Assembly (NCBI GenBank): GCA_947258385.1
Contig: CAMYII010000052.1
Span: forward strand, 6,642-70,641
Direction: 5' to 3'
Length of the DNA stretch: 64,000 bases
Source of the DNA: Acidiferrobacterales bacterium
Lineage (GTDB): Bacteria > Pseudomonadota > Gammaproteobacteria > Acidiferrobacterales > SZUA-150
The position numbers were made by a program, and so were the translations under genes. The notes under the pieces are model-generated. The model had not been told where the DNA came from, ran no database searches, and worked only from the letters and a program-made list of their open reading frames with translations. Each line of letters starts with the position of its first letter. The first letter of the stretch is position 1. Positions 62,257 through 64,000 of this stretch are shown here, piece by piece.

Positions 62257-63170
62257 TGAAGAATTATCTGCTGCGGCATCTGCAGGTCTTTTTCTACACG
62301 CTTGGGCAACTGGCGCGCACGCCGTTTTCCTCGTTCATGACCATGGCGGTCATCGGCATCACGCTGGCCCTGCCCGCCGGGCTGTATGTGCTGATCGATA
62401 ATATCCAGACCGCGAGCGTGGGTTGGGATGGCAAGGCGCAGATATCGGTGTTCCTCAAACCGGGTACCACGCAGCAACAGGCACGGGCGCTGGAGACAAA
62501 AATCCGTCACCTGCGGCCGGTGGAGTCAGTGCAGTATATTTCACCCGAGGCCGCGATGGAGGAGTTCAAACGCCTGTCGGGCTTTGGTGGCGCCCTCGAT
62601 GCGCTGGAGCATAATCCACTACCGGCGGTGCTGGTGATCCGGCCCGGCGACGGCCACAGCGACCCGGAAAGCCTCCAGGGCCTGGTGGCGTCGCTGCGCG
62701 GCTTCGGCGACGCCGATCTGGTGCAGCTCGATCTGGAATGGGTCAAGCGGCTGCACCTGCTGCTGCGCCTGGCCGAGCGCGGCGTCTGGCTGCTGGCCGT
62801 GCTGCTGGGGCTGGCGGTGCTGCTGACCATCGGCAATACCATCCGCCTGGCCATCCTCAACCGCCGCGATGAGATCGAGATCATCAAGCTCATCGGCGGT
62901 ACGAATGCCTTTATCCGCCGGCCTTTCCTGTATTCGGGGCTGCTGCAGGGCCTGTTTGGCGCCGGCATCGCCTGGGTGCTGGTACAGACCGGCCTGCTCC
63001 TGTTGACTGGGCCGGTCCGGGAGCTGGCGACCCTGTATGCCAGTCCGTTTGGCGTCCAGGGGCTCGACACGCCGACCTCGCTCGCCCTGCTGGCCAGCGG
63101 CGCCCTGCTGGGCTGGCTGGGCTCACGGCTGGCCGTGGGGCGCCACCTGCGGGAAATCGAGCCCTCCTAG
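62256..63170 (+). CDS. ftsX: Cell division permease FtsX
   Basis: VIGITLALP, NPLP, GNTIRL.I..RR.EI...KL.G.T..FIRRPFLY. Confidence 0.96.
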   Translation: MKNYLLRHLQVFFYTLGQLARTPFSSFMTMAVIGITLALPAGLYVLIDNIQTASVGWDGKAQISVFLKPGTTQQQARALETKIRHLRPVESVQYISPEAAMEEFKRLSGFGGALDALEHNPLPAVLVIRPGDGHSDPESLQGLVASLRGFGDADLVQLDLEWVKRLHLLLRLAERGVWLLAVLLGLAVLLTIGNTIRLAILNRRDEIEIIKLIGGTNAFIRRPFLYSGLLQGLFGAGIAWVLVQTGLLLLTGPVRELATLYASPFGVQGLDTPTSLALLASGALLGWLGSRLAVGRHLREIEPS

Positions 63171-63286
63171 GCGATAAGTGCTGTCTATGGGCAACACAAT
63201 TATTTGATTGCCCGATTTGTGCAGGCTCAATGCGATTTTTCGGGATTTTTGGCAAAATCTTGTATAATTGAGAACTTCTCCGGGTA

Positions 63287-63313
63287 TTGGCACTCATATC
63301 CCGCGAGTGCTAA
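63287..63313 (+). promoter_or_regulatory. CIRCE operator (HrcA site) upstream of rpoH
   Basis: TTGGCACTC-N9-GAGTGCTAA, one mismatch to consensus; TATAAT at 63263-63268. Confidence 0.9.
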
Positions 63314-63359
63314 AATAAGCGCATATTAGAGGATACTTATACTAACCCTTAGGACAGCA

Positions 63360-64000
63360 ATGACAAAAGCGATGACACAGACATTCCCACTAGCGATCAA
63401 CTTCCATACGGAAGGAGGGCTGGCCACTTATATTCGGGCGGTCAATACCCTGCCGACACTCAGCGCCGAGGAGGAACAGGAACTGGCGCTGAGTTATCGC
63501 GAGAAGGGCGACCTGGACGCCGCGCGCCAGCTGGTGTTGTCCCAGCTGCGGACGGTGGTGCGCGTGGCCCGCGGCTTCGGCGGCTATGGCCTGCCCCAGG
63601 CCGACCTCATTCAGGAGGGCAATATCGGCCTGATGAAGGCGGTCAAGAATTTTGACCCGATGCGCCGCGTGCGCCTGGTTTCGTTCGCCATGCACTGGAT
63701 CCGGGCCGAGATCTATGACTTCGTCCTGAAAAACTGGCGCATCGTCAAGGTGGCCACCACCAAGGCACAGCGCAAACTGTTTTTCAACCTGCGCAAATCC
63801 CGCTCGCACCTGGGCTGGATGAGCCAGAACGAGGTCGAGGACCTGGCGGATAACCTCGATGTCTCCGAGAAGCAGGTGCTTGAAATGGAGTCCCGTCTGA
63901 GCGGCTCGGACGTGCCGTTCGACGCCAGCGACAGCGGCGACGATGAGGATTTTTTTGTCGCCCCCGCCGGTTATCTCCAGGACATGCGCTACAACCCCGA
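63360..64000 (+). CDS. rpoH: RNA polymerase sigma-32 factor (3'-truncated by window edge)
   Basis: Translated by hand (absent from the ORF track): [43 protein letters not shown] (RpoH box); follows ftsX. Confidence 0.97.
   Translation, partial: MTKAMTQTFPLAINFHTEGGLATYIRAVNTLPTLSAEEEQELALSYREKGDLDAARQLVLSQLRTVVRVARGFGGYGLPQADLIQEGNIGLMKAVKNFDPMRRVRLVSFAMHWIRAEIYDFVLKNWRIVKVATTKAQRKLFFNLRKSRSHLGWMSQNEVEDLADNLDVSEKQVLEMESRLSGSDVPFDASDSGDDEDFFVAPAGYLQDMRYNP

Overview
A mostly core-genome window, about 60% GC by eye, from a chemolithoautotrophic gammaproteobacterium, probably a sulfur oxidiser (inference). In order it holds: (1) an Fe-ADH gene and a small Fe-S/sulfur-trafficking-like cluster (SAM methyltransferase, ATP-grasp, atypical IscA/HesB, YggX, DUF971-MoaD fusion); (2) an AT-rich accessory island (~6.1-8.6 kb) that is an integrase-less integron cassette array with two clear attC sites, one hit by a 215-bp MITE exactly at the GTT crossover triplet, plus a candidate double attI-like leader; (3) the Calvin-cycle locus cbbR-cbbLS-cbbQO (form IA RubisCO, no carboxysome genes) and tkt-gap-pgk-pyk-fba preceded by a suhB-like gene; (4) bioA and the Pil-Chp cluster pilGHIJ-chpA-cheW-cheW; (5) gshAB-apbE-tonB-yqgE-yqgF-pyrR-pyrB-pyrC'; (6) pilUT, then proC-yggT-yggU with only a trace of yggS; (7) a dynamin-like GTPase, a ggt with an apparent in-frame deletion, and yfhL-coaD-rsmD with an M16 peptidase pair; (8) ftsY-ftsE-ftsX-rpoH with a CIRCE operator. 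A family of palindromically paired 7-bp repeat arrays fills several intergenic spaces, often starting at a stop codon. All calls come from reading the sequence and recognising motifs; no searches were run.
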